From contig JBLWGC010000047.1 of assembly GCA_048772705.1 (NCBI GenBank), positions 1-64,000 of the forward strand: a stretch of DNA of 64,000 bases, in the 5' to 3' direction. A model generated the notes under the pieces. That model was not told where the DNA came from. It worked only from the letters and a program-made list of their open reading frames with translations, and made no database searches. Origin of the DNA: Leidyana gryllorum EB-2025a (taxonomy: Eukaryota > Protista > Apicomplexa). The translations under genes and the position numbers were made by a program. Below, in pieces: positions 36,707 through 48,637 of this stretch (position 1 is the first letter of the stretch; each line of letters opens with the position of its first letter).

Positions 36707-38246
36707 ATGCGAGACATGAGCAACGCGGAATTTTTCCCCGTCTGTGGCACCTCTCCCATTTCGGTCGAAGCAGCCTCACAGATTGGCGGTGAATCTGTCA
36801 GTCGACGTTCATCCAAATCCAATCGTGGACAGCAACGCAAAAGGTTTTACAAGACGAGGCTATGTCCCTACCACTTCAAGAAAGGGAGTGTCTGCAAAGG
36901 CGGGGCACATTGCTCATATGCGCATAGCTTTCAAGAGCTGCGTCCCTCTGTCGACCTGTGAGTCGAAAATCCATACCTGCGCTTCTCCCCTCTCACAATT
37001 GTTCCGAGTTGTTGAGTCAACCGCCCGCAGACTTAACCGTCGCATCGGAGCTCACGGGTCATAGATCTGTTCCCCAAGCACTCCCCGCCTCTTACCCAAG
37101 CCTGAATCATAAGACTTGACGGCCATTATTGCCACCGATACGGCAGAAATGCCCGAACTCGTTGTCCAAGCCACCGACCATCCCGCCTGTTGTACTCATC
37201 TCGCATGATCAACGTGCTTTCTCACTCACACAGCCCTCTCGATTGCATTACTTGACGGCGTCTTGTCTCCCTCTTGTGGCCCTTTGTGTGTGTCGCTTAG
37301 ACCGCCCACCCCCTCTTGACGTCTTTTGGTTCACTATCTCTCTCTCTCCTTTGCAGCACGAAGACAAAGCTGTGTCAAGATTTCATCAATGGCCTGTGTA
37401 TGCGAAGTACTAAGGATTGCCCCTTTGGTGAGTCTCTCCGCAATTCAGTATTCTCCACAACATTCGGTGGCAGCACACGGAAATGCGGAGCTGCGTCCCG
37501 CGCGCTCGAATAATGACGACGGCGTACCTCCCTTGATTTGTCCCTCAATTCGACGTCCCCCCGTAGCTCCTCCTCCCAGGTGAGCCACTTACCGCTCCAC
37601 TCCACCGCAAATTCTCTCTCACAGTACGGAGCCGTGGCCATCTGAGTCACCCAAAATGGTGGACTCTGTCCACGGCTACGCGCCCAGTCGTGGAGGTCAA
37701 TTCTATTCTGCTTACATGCCGGCCTCGTCAGGCCCCATGTTAGGCGGCCGTTCGATGACCTTTGACGCTACGGCCCACTTCGTACCAGCTTCCGCCTGCG
37801 AAGTATCCTCGTCGCGACTCAAGGCGCCGTATAACAATGCAGTCTGTCGTTCCACTGAGACGACCGCGAGTACGCAGAGCGGGCAGATACATCATTATCA
37901 ATTGGGGACTCCTAAGGGGAGTCCTCCCCCACCTCCCAGCAACGAATCCTCATCTTCACCCCCCGTTAATGATTACACGCCTTCACCATTCGCTAGGCCA
38001 CCTGCGTCGGCAGCCGACTCCGATACCACCAAGGACGATGCGCGAAGTACCGCTTCAGACATTGTCCCCTCCGCCACACAGGAAAAGCCGGACGCGAGAT
38101 CATTCATCGCTGGGCCAGTTAATAATGATGAGCCGAAGCTCACGTTGAGTATCAGCCAATTGGCGAACATTATATTAGCAGCGCACGCCGCCGACAGTCC
38201 CACAGAGCTCGTCTCTGATGTACTTACATATATCTATAGGTCCTGA
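36707..38246 (+). CDS. Tandem CCCH zinc-finger protein with a low-complexity tail (first intron 36958-37356)
   Basis: YKTRLCPYHFKKGSVCKGGAHCSYAH and TKTKLCQDFINGLCMRSTKDCPF-AH across introns. Confidence 0.85.
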
Positions 38247-38350
38247 CTGATTCCCCACCACCGGGGATCACTTCTGCCGCGCTAGATAGTACACACCGGG
38301 ATACACCCTCGTTTTTGGTAGAAAAGGAGTTGCATGTGTTGTGGTCCAAC

Positions 38351-39785
38351 ATGGCATTGCCTCAAAATGTTGAAAGACCTATCCAGTTCTTCACACTCCC
38401 CCACCCACCCCACGAAGCAATACATCTCAATGCAGCCTACAAAGAACCCGTACGTGCCAACTGCTCTTACACTATAACACACACCTCTATAGGTCATTTT
38501 GCTCGGCAAAGTGTACGGATCCTTCGCACCAGACCCTGCAGTCACCGCCATCAACTCAACACACTTAATACTGCAATGGTCCGATTTCATGGATGAATTC
38601 TCCTGGATGCCACTCATCATAGCCGAGGCGGGAGGTTATCTACTGAAAGGAGGCGCCCGATTCGCAGCCACAGTAACAATGGGTCTGCCAGGAGACCGAG
38701 TAACCGTACCCATCCCCACCGACCAGTTTGGCGGAGATTTATTTGATGATGATGAGTTGGATGATCATCTCTTCATCCCTTTCGGATATGGAATGGCCAT
38801 AGTGAGTTCGAAAGCTGACTCGACACCTCCACTCACTCGTCATACAGGCTGACACGGACGACTCGGAAGGCGATATTGTCGGTGCGAACTCCACATCCAC
38901 AGTGCAACCGCATTTCGGGCGGCGAGTTGAAGTCACCTACGGGTACAATAAGAACACCAGACAGTTTGTAGCTAATATCGGAGAGGTTCCGAGAGATGGT
39001 ACTTATTCCTCAGTGAAAGTCAACACAATATTTCTCCCTGCCCATGATCTCGTCACTCTTGGCAGTTTGTCACTGATCCCCAAGCGAGTGGTAAGCCAAC
39101 TCAGATGCCCGCCCGCTTTCCCATACTTTTTTCCCAGGTCCCTTTGTCACCTTTTGATTACAAATTCGACAACTTCCGCTGTGGTCCCCCCTCACCCCTT
39201 TTCTCCGAATTCCACACAAATGCTGCTGAGGACACCTGGACACCCCCGCTCGGACTCCGAATATGTCCTCGGGGAATAACACGAGAAGAATTGGACGCCT
39301 TGACGTGTGAGATCGTTGGAGAAGATGAAATGGGAGCTATGGCTGAAGACTTTGCTCCTCGCCAATATTGGTACCAATTGACTCTGGAGGGCAGCTGGTG
39401 CGACATCTCTCCCGTAACTAGTCTGGCACCCATTGAACCATACGTGCCCACGGAAGACTCGAGTTGGAACGCCGGCTGGGCATTACCACTGATCCTCGTC
39501 TTAGCATTGGCTGGGTTCTTTGGAACACTTGGTTATTTCGCTTGGCGATGGATGAAAAAGACAAGGAATCCACAAACTTCTGGAGAAGAGGATGCGGCAC
39601 AACTACCACAGGGTCCTGGTCACGGACCACCTCGAACACCAGCACTGTCACCCGTCACCTCCATGATGAGTGGCGGACAACGTGGTGCTCTTGGGATGCC
39701 CAACCGGTCTGCAGTCATAGGACCGGCGGGCACTCCGATGGGATCCAGTGAGCATCCGGCGAGGAATATTCGGAGCATGGAGTGA
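38351..39785 (+). CDS. Hypothetical single-pass membrane protein (multi-exon)
   Basis: Chain of ORFs separated by intron-sized gaps; TM segment WALPLILVLALAGFFGTLGYFAW followed by RWMKK. The start is uncertain. Confidence 0.55.
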
Positions 39786-39789
39786 GGAA

Positions 39790-40968
39790 TCAAGGACTCT
39801 CAATCATACTGACCAACATCTCCGCCGATTCAATGTCCTCTTGACGAAATGAAAGGCAGACATAGTCCAAGACCACGCCTTGGATCACGCCTCCACCGTT
39901 GGAGAGCTTTACCCGCATCTCTGTCACTTCGGCCGGAACCTCAAAGACACCCAGAAGCCGATCATTGTCTGCGAGGCATATATTGGTCACTTCGCGATGG
40001 AAGATCGTGGTGCCTATTTGGATTGAGACGCCAGGCGAACTGGAGTACGGGAAATATACGCTGCGACACCTCAGACTCAGCACACATTTGCCTGAGCGAT
40101 CACACGGAATGGAGAGTTCCATGGTGATGGGGTAAGCGTGACGAATGTACGCCACTTCGCCGAAGCGACTGAACCGGACCTTCCGAGTCACCCAACGCGT
40201 AGATCCCGCTGCTGAACTTGCCCCTGCCGCGGCACAGGAAGAAAAGAAGCGATCAGGATGCGGAGCCATGCCATGGTCGAATCCTAAGGAACCATATGGT
40301 CGCCATTGCGCCAGATCGGGCAGTCGCCATAGCTGAACGTGATAGATCTCAATGGCGCTGAGACTATCGAGGTCATCAGAAGCTGAGAATCCTGTGATAA
40401 ACGATGTAGTTTCCTGCAAGAGTAGCGGCATGATGAAGAGGGGAGCCAAGTGACTGTCGGGCTCGTTGTGCAACATCATTTCCAGAAGATCGACTTCTAT
40501 CTCGTGATGTCCAAGCTTGGACTCGCTGTCAAGAGATTGGATGTAGTATTTGACAGGACGCAGCGCCATGCTGACCCGAAGTCGCCAGAGCGCGAAATAC
40601 TTTCCCGGGGGCACACCGAAGAATGGGACTTGGACTCTGCTCGTGAGTGGGGTGATGATTGACGGAACGAAAGGCAAGAACTCATGTTCGATGAAGTAAG
40701 TGCGCGGTTGACCTAGGGAGTTAGATATGCTGTGCAGTTCTTTGGCGTCGATTGACAGTTCTGAGTGGTGGTGATAATGGGATTGGCACTTGGGGTGTGT
40801 GTTCTGATGTGCAACAGCGCCGTATCGACGACGCACAAGCCAACACCAAGCATTCGGCTTTTTGATGAATGATTGAACCCATTTGGAGACGCGCGAAATA
40901 CGCAGAATGTCGGCATGGGAGCACCTCCACAAAATCTCTGTCAAGAGTTCAGGTGGTAGGTGCTCCAT
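39790..40968 (-). CDS. F-box protein with PP2/Nictaba-like beta-sandwich domain(s)
   Basis: MEHLPPELLTEILWRCSHADILRISRVSK; GVPPGKYFALWRLRV; LLGVFEV...GGGVIQGVVLDYVCL. Confidence 0.7.
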   Translation of the reverse strand: MEHLPPELLTEILWRCSHADILRISRVSKWVQSFIKKPNAWCWLVRRRYGAVAHQNTHPKCQSHYHHHSELSIDAKELHSISNSLGQPRTYFIEHEFLPFVPSIITPLTSRVQVPFFGVPPGKYFALWRLRVSMALRPVKYYIQSLDSESKLGHHEIEVDLLEMMLHNEPDSHLAPLFIMPLLLQETTSFITGFSASDDLDSLSAIEIYHVQLWRLPDLAQWRPYGSLGFDHGMAPHPDRFFSSCAAAGASSAAGSTRWVTRKVRFSRFGEVAYIRHAYPITMELSIPCDRSGKCVLSLRCRSVYFPYSSSPGVSIQIGTTIFHREVTNICLADNDRLLGVFEVPAEVTEMRVKLSNGGGVIQGVVLDYVCLSFRQEDIESAEMLVSMIESP

Positions 40969-41017
40969 AACAAAAGCAAACACGTGTGGTGTGAGGTAAT
41001 TTTATTGCTAGGTCACA

Positions 41018-42161
41018 ATGTCGGGAGGTATAGCTGTGCTTTTAAGCTTCCTGGCTGGGGCGACCACATGCCTGGGTGGCGTGGCCGCCTGCTTTCTCGT
41101 CAGCAAGTTCACACCCACGAGTTTTGCTGTTAGCCTGGCTTTCGCGTCTGGTGTGATGGTATTCGTTTCATTCGTAGAGATCTATTTCGAAGGATTAGGA
41201 GGTTTGGCTGAGGCGTTCGAGGAGAGGTATCCTGAGAAGCACCAAGAAATTGCAGCATGTGTTGCCATGGCATTGTTCTTTGCGGGGTGGTTCTTAGCGA
41301 ACTCGTTGGACTGCCTGGCCCACTTTATCATGCGAGACAAGACTGCCGAAGTCTCTGAGTCTCTTGCGGATCTTGAATTGAATATAGGCGCCACTGCGGG
41401 AAAGATCGTAAATGGCGACTCTGGCGGCGAAGAGACAAAATCTGCTCTTGCCACATCGACCTCGGAAGGCTCTGTTTTAGCTTCCAAGCCTGGTCAACAG
41501 CCCTGTCTGCTTCGCTGGATGGATAATTCTGTTTGGAAAGCTTTCGTTGGGACCGAAGACGTGGCTGAAGATCTTCAAGCGGCTGTGGATGCAGCCTTTA
41601 CACGAGATTGTACCAAAGTTACTCGATTGGGCTACTTCACAGCTCTGGTATTGACTCTACACAATTTCCCAGAAGGTATAGCGACTTTTACAGGTGCCGC
41701 GAGCGACCTTCGAATGGGAATTGTAAGTTTTCAGCGCCCGTGACCACAGTTTGTTCAGGGCCTGGCTGTGGCGATTGGTGTGCACAACATCCCTGAAGGA
41801 GTGGCAGTGGCGGTTCCAATTTTGTATGGAACGGGGAGCAAGACGAAAGCTATGATATACGCTACACTCTCGGGTGAGTTCGGGAGTGTTGCTGGCAGAA
41901 TATTTTCGACCCTCTGAATATGTAGGGATGGCTGAGCCTTTGGGTGGCTTGCTAGCCTGGGGCCTTCTTGGCGAAAACCTGAGCCCATTGGTGTTGGGAG
42001 TACTCTTCCTGCTTATAGCTGGTATTATGGTTAATGTTGGGGTGAAGGAGTTGTTGTTCACCGCGCTTAGATACGATCCAGGGAATAAAGTGACCTCGTT
42101 GACCTTCACTATTGGCATGGTGATCATGTCGGTTTCCTTGGTGGCTTTATATCTCTCTTAG
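41018..42161 (+). CDS. zupT: ZIP-family (ZupT/GufA-type) metal transporter (multi-exon)
   Basis: LAFASGVMVFVSFVEI, LHNFPEG, VHNIPEG, GMAEPLG. Confidence 0.92.
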
Positions 42162-42170
42162 TAGTATTTG

Positions 42171-43950
42171 TCATGACGACGAAGGTGGGGGAGCGTTAGC
42201 CCCAAAAAGCTGATCCAGCTTTCCGTGATCTACACAGGTTACACTGGTTTGTTCAACTGGCCGACTATAGAGGTAGCAGCGGGGTTGAGTGAGGATTCTG
42301 TCTTCTCTCACCAACATGCCCACGAACATTTCCTCCTCTTGCTCAGTCAGTGCAAGCACCACGTGTCCATCCAGAGGCTGCTCGAAGCGCTCCGACTCTT
42401 CCTCTTCGACGGTCCTCCAGAAAGATGTTTGGGGCCAGGCGAACATAGAATTATGAGGGAGTGTCATGCACTCGATTCCAAAGGTTTCCTGTAACCCATC
42501 AATCCGTCGCTCAGGGAACGGTGGACTCGCGGGTGGTCGGAAACATATGATGGTTTTCGAGGATCCGTCCTGCCGACTTTTGAGGAATGACTTTGCGATC
42601 TTCCCTAATTCCCAGTCGCTTCGGACGGTCTCTGCCCGCTGCAAACTGTAGTTCAATGAGGCACCATTGGAAGGACAGGTCGCATTTCCGCCGTTTCCAA
42701 TGTCGTCGCCATCTGTCATGGCTACCCCAGAGATAATGCTCGGATCTTCCACATATTTGTCAAATTCTGACAGGAAGTCTTCCGGCTCACACAACACGAA
42801 CAAGAGCATCGCGCTATTTGATTCAAGCCTATTCAACATATCTCGAGGGTCAGTCACACATTGCAACTGCCCCACGCTCTGTAACTCGGTGAAAGGGTGT
42901 CGGTATCGAGCACTTGTTGATGAGGGTTGAACGTCCAGCTGTCTGAAGGGGAAACAACAAGTCAACAACAAGTGTCTCTATCTCTCTCTTTCGAAACTCA
43001 CTTTAACAGACTGACATATGCATTCGTGTCCAACTGCGTCAGTAGATTCCCAAATTGATGCCCATATACTGTCAGCGGGACTTGGCAAGTCGGCGGCAAC
43101 CGATGCAACAGGGCCAGAATCACATCGCAGAATGAGAGGAAAGTCTGAATCCCAGCAGTTGTCGCCAGATTTGAATCTTTGAAATCTCACCCGTAATGGA
43201 TCGTCCGCTAATAGTAACAAGCGTCCTTTTCTAGACAGCTCTGTTTTCATTAATTCACCCAGAGTCTCGTGTGCTTGTGTATGTGCAGCTCGAACAGCCA
43301 CATCGGCCACGTTGGCGTGCCGATAGTCTCCCGCCCCCAGCACAGTAGGCACTGATCTGAGACTGGCTATCCGGCTTTGTAGCAGGTCGCCATATGCCCC
43401 GTGAGGCACTCCTTCACATCCCACCAGATATGACTCCTCTTGAGCAGAGAATGGCGTTTTGGGCGGAGGTATAGTGGGGCAATGGTACCAAGAAGGCTGT
43501 GCAGGGGAGGGCCTAATTAGCCATACTGCCGCCGTTAAGGTCTTGTCAATGCTGTGTGGCTCGAGTCGAACGGTGGTGTCTGGTGTCAATGCAAGAACTT
43601 CCTCGGCGAGAAAAGCTACCCAATTGATACGAATGTGCCGTGCAGGATGATATGAGCATCGGAAGGCAGTTGGAGCGTATATTGGGACATCTGGGTCCCA
43701 GTGTTGTAGGCCTACGTGTGTGTTTCGTGAATGAAGCAACTCTCTCACAAGGTGACTGACTGTTTATGTATCTGAGATTAGTGATCAGGGCAAAAGCTGG
43801 AGGCTTTAGGGTTGCAGCTTCAGCAGGAGAGGGGTTAACTGCTAGGGTGAAGATGCACTTGTGCCCTCTGAGCTTCTTGAGCATCTCAAAAATATTTTAG
43901 CGTACCCCCACACAATGACGTCCACAAGCACCCATCGACTTATGTCGACG
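42171..43950 (-). CDS. Hypothetical multi-exon protein (5' end unresolved)
   Basis: Adjacent long ORFs 42171-42971 and 42978-43748 separated by intron-like GT-AG segments. No family recognised. Confidence 0.55.
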
Positions 43951-44315
43951 TACCTGGGTGTTAGCGAAGAAACGGAGTCGCCATGGCTAGCCTTAGTTCA
44001 CAATCCGGTGCCCACACTTGGCCACCCAGAAAGTACATTCCGGTTTCCCCCCTTACTACCCCTGCCTACCATACCCGAAGAAAGACAACGCTGAGCTCCT
44101 ACAGTCGGCGTCCAGAAGAGTACTGTCAATGAGCGACAGGCACTACATAATACACTGAATTTCACGCACCGATCAAACGGGTCGGTCGGTTCGGTTTAGG
44201 GTTGTTGGCCGGCGACGAAGTACGTTGCTTGTCAACAAGAAGTTTATGAAGCCTTGTCTCCGTCGAGATGATTCAAAAACAACTTTCATTCTTAGCTCCT
44301 CTTTTTCCTTTGATC

Positions 44316-45362
44316 ATGGTGAACCCTCAGCTGACTCCTGTAGCTCCTGGTGGCGTACTGACCAGTGCAATCAACGGTCGCCAAGCTACATTCGATGTTA
44401 CTGCTGAATACCCCATCAATGCCGTCATTCCGGCCATGTCCGTTCCCTCCCCTCTTATCCCTGGCGATGCCACCCAGTACGCTGTGATTCGCTCCAACGT
44501 CACCGAAGACCAACAAGGGAACTTGGCCAACTCGATGGTCTCTGGCTTCCCGGCCCCCGCCGCGGATCGTGCCAACCACTACCGCTTCGTCTCTCTCTCC
44601 GCTGGAGACTTCATGTGCGGTATCTCGGCCACCGATCTCTTCAAAGAAGGCTGGGGCTTCCGCGGAGCCTTCCTGAACAGCTCCAATGGAGGACTTGTGG
44701 GTCGCGGTTTGCTCAAGGAGGAATTCTGCCCCAGTTTCCACAACCAAGGCAGCGTCGTGGATTGGATCATGGAAGTCAGTGGCAGCAAAGTGTCTGTCTA
44801 TATCCTGCGGGACGGACACCCATGCGGTCCAGCTTTCATCCTGGACTTCACCGGACGTGAAGGAATGATCAGTTCGCTCCGTCCTGCTGTCTCCTTCTCG
44901 GATAGCAACATGGACGTGGCAGTGGTCGCCTTCCAGTCGGCTACACCCAGCTCCGCCTACTACGAACGCTCCGAGACCCCAGTGGACCCCAAGAACCCGC
45001 TTCTGGGAAAATGGGCTGCCAACCTTGCTGAGTGGCAAGGACTCACCTTCCCTGGCCAGTTCGTCATTGAAATCAGCCCCAGGGGAATCCACGCTCGCGT
45101 GATGAACTCCATGAACTTCCCCTGCGAATTTGGCCCTGATGGCTCAGTTCGACGCACTGGAGCTGGCGCCTCTACACGGATGATGCCCATTCCTCCTTTC
45201 GATCAAGCAGAGATGGCCGTCACTGCCTTCCTCAGCGACATCACCAGATATGGTCTTGCTGCTGACGTGCTCTCACTGTTCACTTCCACTGGTACACACA
45301 CTTTCACCCGATTTACGCCCCGAGCTGACCCCGTCACGGAGAATCCCCTTCTGGATCTTTGA
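44316..45362 (+). CDS. SPRY-like domain plus META/HslJ domain protein
   Basis: GSVVDWIMEVSGSKVSVYILRDGHPCGPAF...LRPAVSF (SPRY-like); LLGKW...VMNSM...ASTRMMP...AEMAVTAFL (META). Strong codon bias. Confidence 0.7.
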   Translation: MVNPQLTPVAPGGVLTSAINGRQATFDVTAEYPINAVIPAMSVPSPLIPGDATQYAVIRSNVTEDQQGNLANSMVSGFPAPAADRANHYRFVSLSAGDFMCGISATDLFKEGWGFRGAFLNSSNGGLVGRGLLKEEFCPSFHNQGSVVDWIMEVSGSKVSVYILRDGHPCGPAFILDFTGREGMISSLRPAVSFSDSNMDVAVVAFQSATPSSAYYERSETPVDPKNPLLGKWAANLAEWQGLTFPGQFVIEISPRGIHARVMNSMNFPCEFGPDGSVRRTGAGASTRMMPIPPFDQAEMAVTAFLSDITRYGLAADVLSLFTSTGTHTFTRFTPRADPVTENPLLDL

Positions 45363-45603
45363 GTGATGTTTGGTGACTCTTTTTGGTCTAGTCAGCTCAA
45401 CTTGAATTTGCCCAAAACCTAACTTCATTTGTCATTATTATAGGTTGAAAGTCGCTACTCCACTTACCAACGACGTCACCCCACTCTGAGATAGAGTGTG
45501 TGCCGAAAGGTCCCAGATCCAGAGACGGGAACCTCTCCCCTCACTAACACTTCAACATTTAAATCAGCCCATTAGTTTAAATCATTTCAAGTCTTCTCTT
45601 TCA

Positions 45604-46950
45604 ATGATCGCTCGTTCCACTTTCTTCTTACTTGGTGCTGTAATTGGCGTCTCTCGGGCCCAGGAGGAAGAATGTTACCTCCCCATCGATGTGATGTTCC
45701 TCCAAGACACCACCGGTTCATTTGAAAAGGATCTCCCGATTGTGGTCGGTCAGATCGACGATATGGTGGCGGCAATCTTAGAACAGAACCCCGAGTCTTA
45801 CTTTGGTGTGGCTGAGTTCAAAGACAAACCCTATTATCCCCTCGGCCAACAGGACTCTGACTTCTGTTACAAACTCAATGGTGCTCTAACGGACTCCGTC
45901 TCGACTTTCAAAGCCGATTACGACAAGCTGTACGCCTCCGGTGGCGGTGATCTTCCAGAAGCTCAGTTCCAGGCGCTGATTGACATTGCTCAGGACTCTA
46001 ATGTCGGATGGCACCCGATTGTCTCCGATACCCGCGCTGGCAATGGTGTTGGTGCTCACGTAGTCATCATGTCCACTGATGCGCCTCCCCATCTACCGGG
46101 CGACATGGCGCTTCTCTCTCAATTTGAGACCGTCCCCCAGGGCCTCCCCGCCAACCTCGGCACTATCAGCAAGCCGGATGTCAACACTTCTTGCCGCAAC
46201 TACGACTACCCGAGCGCAGACCAGATGGCCGCTGCACTGAAGGCGCAAAACATCTATCTGGCTATCCTCACCCCCGCGTGGCAGAACATCACTTCGGCCT
46301 GGGAGTGGGTCAATGAGGATCTCCTCGGACAACCCTCCGACTTCTACCAATACATCGCGGAGGACTCCTCAGATATCATGTCGAGTGTTCTGAAGGTCAT
46401 CAAGGCTGTCACTGAGACAGCGTGTGCTACCACCACTACCACCGCTGGACCCACCACCCCGGCGCCTTCGACCACAACCACCACCACCGCAGCCACCACT
46501 ACGACCCCTACTACCACCACTCCAACCACTACAACCACCACTACGACGACGATCACCACCACTGAGGCTCCGACCACTACGACGACCACCACCACTGAGG
46601 CCCCTACCACCACTACCACCACCACTGAGGCCCCTACCACCACTACCACCACCACTGAGGCCCCTACCACCACTACCACCACCACTGAGGCCCCTACCAC
46701 CACTACGACGACCACCACCACTACGACGACCACCACCACTGAGGCCCCTACCACTACGACGACCACCACCACTGAGGCCCCGACCACTACGACCACGGCG
46801 GAGTCGACTACCGCAACTGAGCCCCCTCACTGCTACGACCCCTGCCCTCCTCACCCGGAGCCGTGCTGCTTCCACCCCGCAATGGTGATTAAGGTCAACA
46901 ACAGACCTCAGAAGTTGGTGATTGACTACGAAGCTCCAGTTGCACACTGA
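45604..46950 (+). CDS. Secreted integrin-beta-like VWA / Thr-rich mucin protein, copy 1
   Basis: Signal peptide; DVMFLQDTTGS MIDAS-like motif; TTTEAP stalk; Cys-rich tail. Confidence 0.9.
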   Translation: MIARSTFFLLGAVIGVSRAQEEECYLPIDVMFLQDTTGSFEKDLPIVVGQIDDMVAAILEQNPESYFGVAEFKDKPYYPLGQQDSDFCYKLNGALTDSVSTFKADYDKLYASGGGDLPEAQFQALIDIAQDSNVGWHPIVSDTRAGNGVGAHVVIMSTDAPPHLPGDMALLSQFETVPQGLPANLGTISKPDVNTSCRNYDYPSADQMAAALKAQNIYLAILTPAWQNITSAWEWVNEDLLGQPSDFYQYIAEDSSDIMSSVLKVIKAVTETACATTTTTAGPTTPAPSTTTTTTAATTTTPTTTTPTTTTTTTTTITTTEAPTTTTTTTTEAPTTTTTTTEAPTTTTTTTEAPTTTTTTTEAPTTTTTTTTTTTTTTTEAPTTTTTTTTEAPTTTTTAESTTATEPPHCYDPCPPHPEPCCFHPAMVIKVNNRPQKLVIDYEAPVAH

Positions 46951-47035
46951 GGTGTATTAGTTTAAGTGACCGTTTCAACTACCAAAGACAGACATTGAGT
47001 AGAATAATACAACTAAGTAGCAAAGCAGCCGATCT

Positions 47036-47083
47036 CGGTAGAAACCAGACGACACTGAAGTCCGGTAGAAACCAGACGACACT
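47036..47083. repeat. 21-bp direct repeat CGGTAGAAACCAGACGACACT, two copies, period 27
   Basis: Exact copies at 47036-47056 and 47063-47083. Confidence 0.9.
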
Positions 47084-47203
47084 AAAGAGACGCCACTGAG
47101 GGGAGACAGCTCTGGTGCCAGGTGGCCCAGCTGAATCATTCAGAATTCCATCTCATCAGATTTACATCTCTCACTAGTTTTAAGCTCACTCTCCTCTCTG
47201 TCA

Positions 47204-48424
47204 ATGCGACTCTCTACCCACCTCTATGTTGTAGCTGCCGTCATCGGAGCTCATGCACAAGAAGAGGAGTGTTACCTCCCCATCGATGTGATGTTCCTCC
47301 AAGACACCACCGGTTCATTTGAAAAGGATCTCCCGATTGTGGTCGGTCAGATCGACGATATGGTGGCGGCAATCTTAGAACAGAACCCCGAGTCTTACTT
47401 TGGTGTGGCTGAGTTCAAAGACAAACCCTATTATCCCCTCGGCCAACAGGACTCTGACTTCTGTTACAAACTCAATGGTGCTCTAACGGACTCCGTCTCG
47501 ACTTTCAAAGCCGATTACGACAAACTGTACGCCTCCGGTGGCGGTGATCTTCCAGAAGCTCAGTTCCAGGCGCTGATTGACATTGCTCAGGACTCTAATG
47601 TCGGATGGCACCCGATTGTCTCCGATACCCGCGCTGGCAATGGTGTTGGTGCTCACGTAGTCATCATGTCCACTGATGCGCCTCCCCATCTACCGGGCGA
47701 CATGGCGCTTCTCTCTCAATTTGAGACCGTCCCCCAGGGCCTCCCCGCCAACCTCGGCACTATCAGCAAGCCGGATGTCAACACTTCTTGCCGCAACTAC
47801 GACTACCCGAGTGCAGACCAGATGGCCGCTGCACTGAAGGCGCAGAACATCTATCTGGCTATCCTCACCCCCGCGTGGCAGAACATCACTTCGGCCTGGG
47901 AGTGGGTCAATGAGGATCTCCTCGGACAACCCTCCGACTTCTACCAATACATCGCGGAGGACTCCTCAGATATCATGTCGAGTGTTCTGAAGGTCATCAA
48001 GGCTGTCACTGAGACAGCGTGTGCTACCACCACTACCACCGCTGGACCCACCACCCCGGCGCCTTCGACCACAACCACCACCACCACTACGACCCCTACC
48101 ACCACCACCCCAACCACTACAACGACAACGACAACGACCACCACTGAGGCCCCTACCACTACCACAACGAGCACCACTGAGGCCCCTACCACCACAACGA
48201 CCACCACCGCAGCGACAACGACTACGACGTCCACCACTGAGGCCCCTACCACCACTACGACTACAACTGCCGCCGAGTCAACAACCGCAACTGAGCCCCC
48301 TCACTGCTACGATCCCTGTCCTCCTCACCCGGAGCCGTGCTGCTTCCACCCTGCAATGGTGATTAAGGTCAACAACAGACCTCAGAAGTTGGTGATCGAC
48401 TACGAAGCTCCAGTTTCGCATTAA
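47204..48424 (+). CDS. Secreted VWA / mucin protein, copy 2
   Basis: Core nearly identical to copy 1. Confidence 0.9.
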   Translation: MRLSTHLYVVAAVIGAHAQEEECYLPIDVMFLQDTTGSFEKDLPIVVGQIDDMVAAILEQNPESYFGVAEFKDKPYYPLGQQDSDFCYKLNGALTDSVSTFKADYDKLYASGGGDLPEAQFQALIDIAQDSNVGWHPIVSDTRAGNGVGAHVVIMSTDAPPHLPGDMALLSQFETVPQGLPANLGTISKPDVNTSCRNYDYPSADQMAAALKAQNIYLAILTPAWQNITSAWEWVNEDLLGQPSDFYQYIAEDSSDIMSSVLKVIKAVTETACATTTTTAGPTTPAPSTTTTTTTTTPTTTTPTTTTTTTTTTTEAPTTTTTSTTEAPTTTTTTTAATTTTTSTTEAPTTTTTTTAAESTTATEPPHCYDPCPPHPEPCCFHPAMVIKVNNRPQKLVIDYEAPVSH

Positions 48425-48637
48425 ATGAAATTTAGATTAGTGCAAGTTAGAAGAACGCAGAGACCTTTACATCTTCACTGTAATGAGCGGACATTTGAAT
48501 CTGCCGAATTGGCAATCAGTTGTCAGAAAGGAGACTGTCGCCAGGGGAGACAGGGAGTCATCCTAGATAGGGCCACATTATTATTGTATTCAGCCTGCTC
48601 CTTCTCTTCTTTCCTCTTGTTCTCTCACGTGACAAAG

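Noticed and set aside
44195-44201. Telomere-like TTTAGGG
   Set aside because: Isolated single unit, expected by chance.
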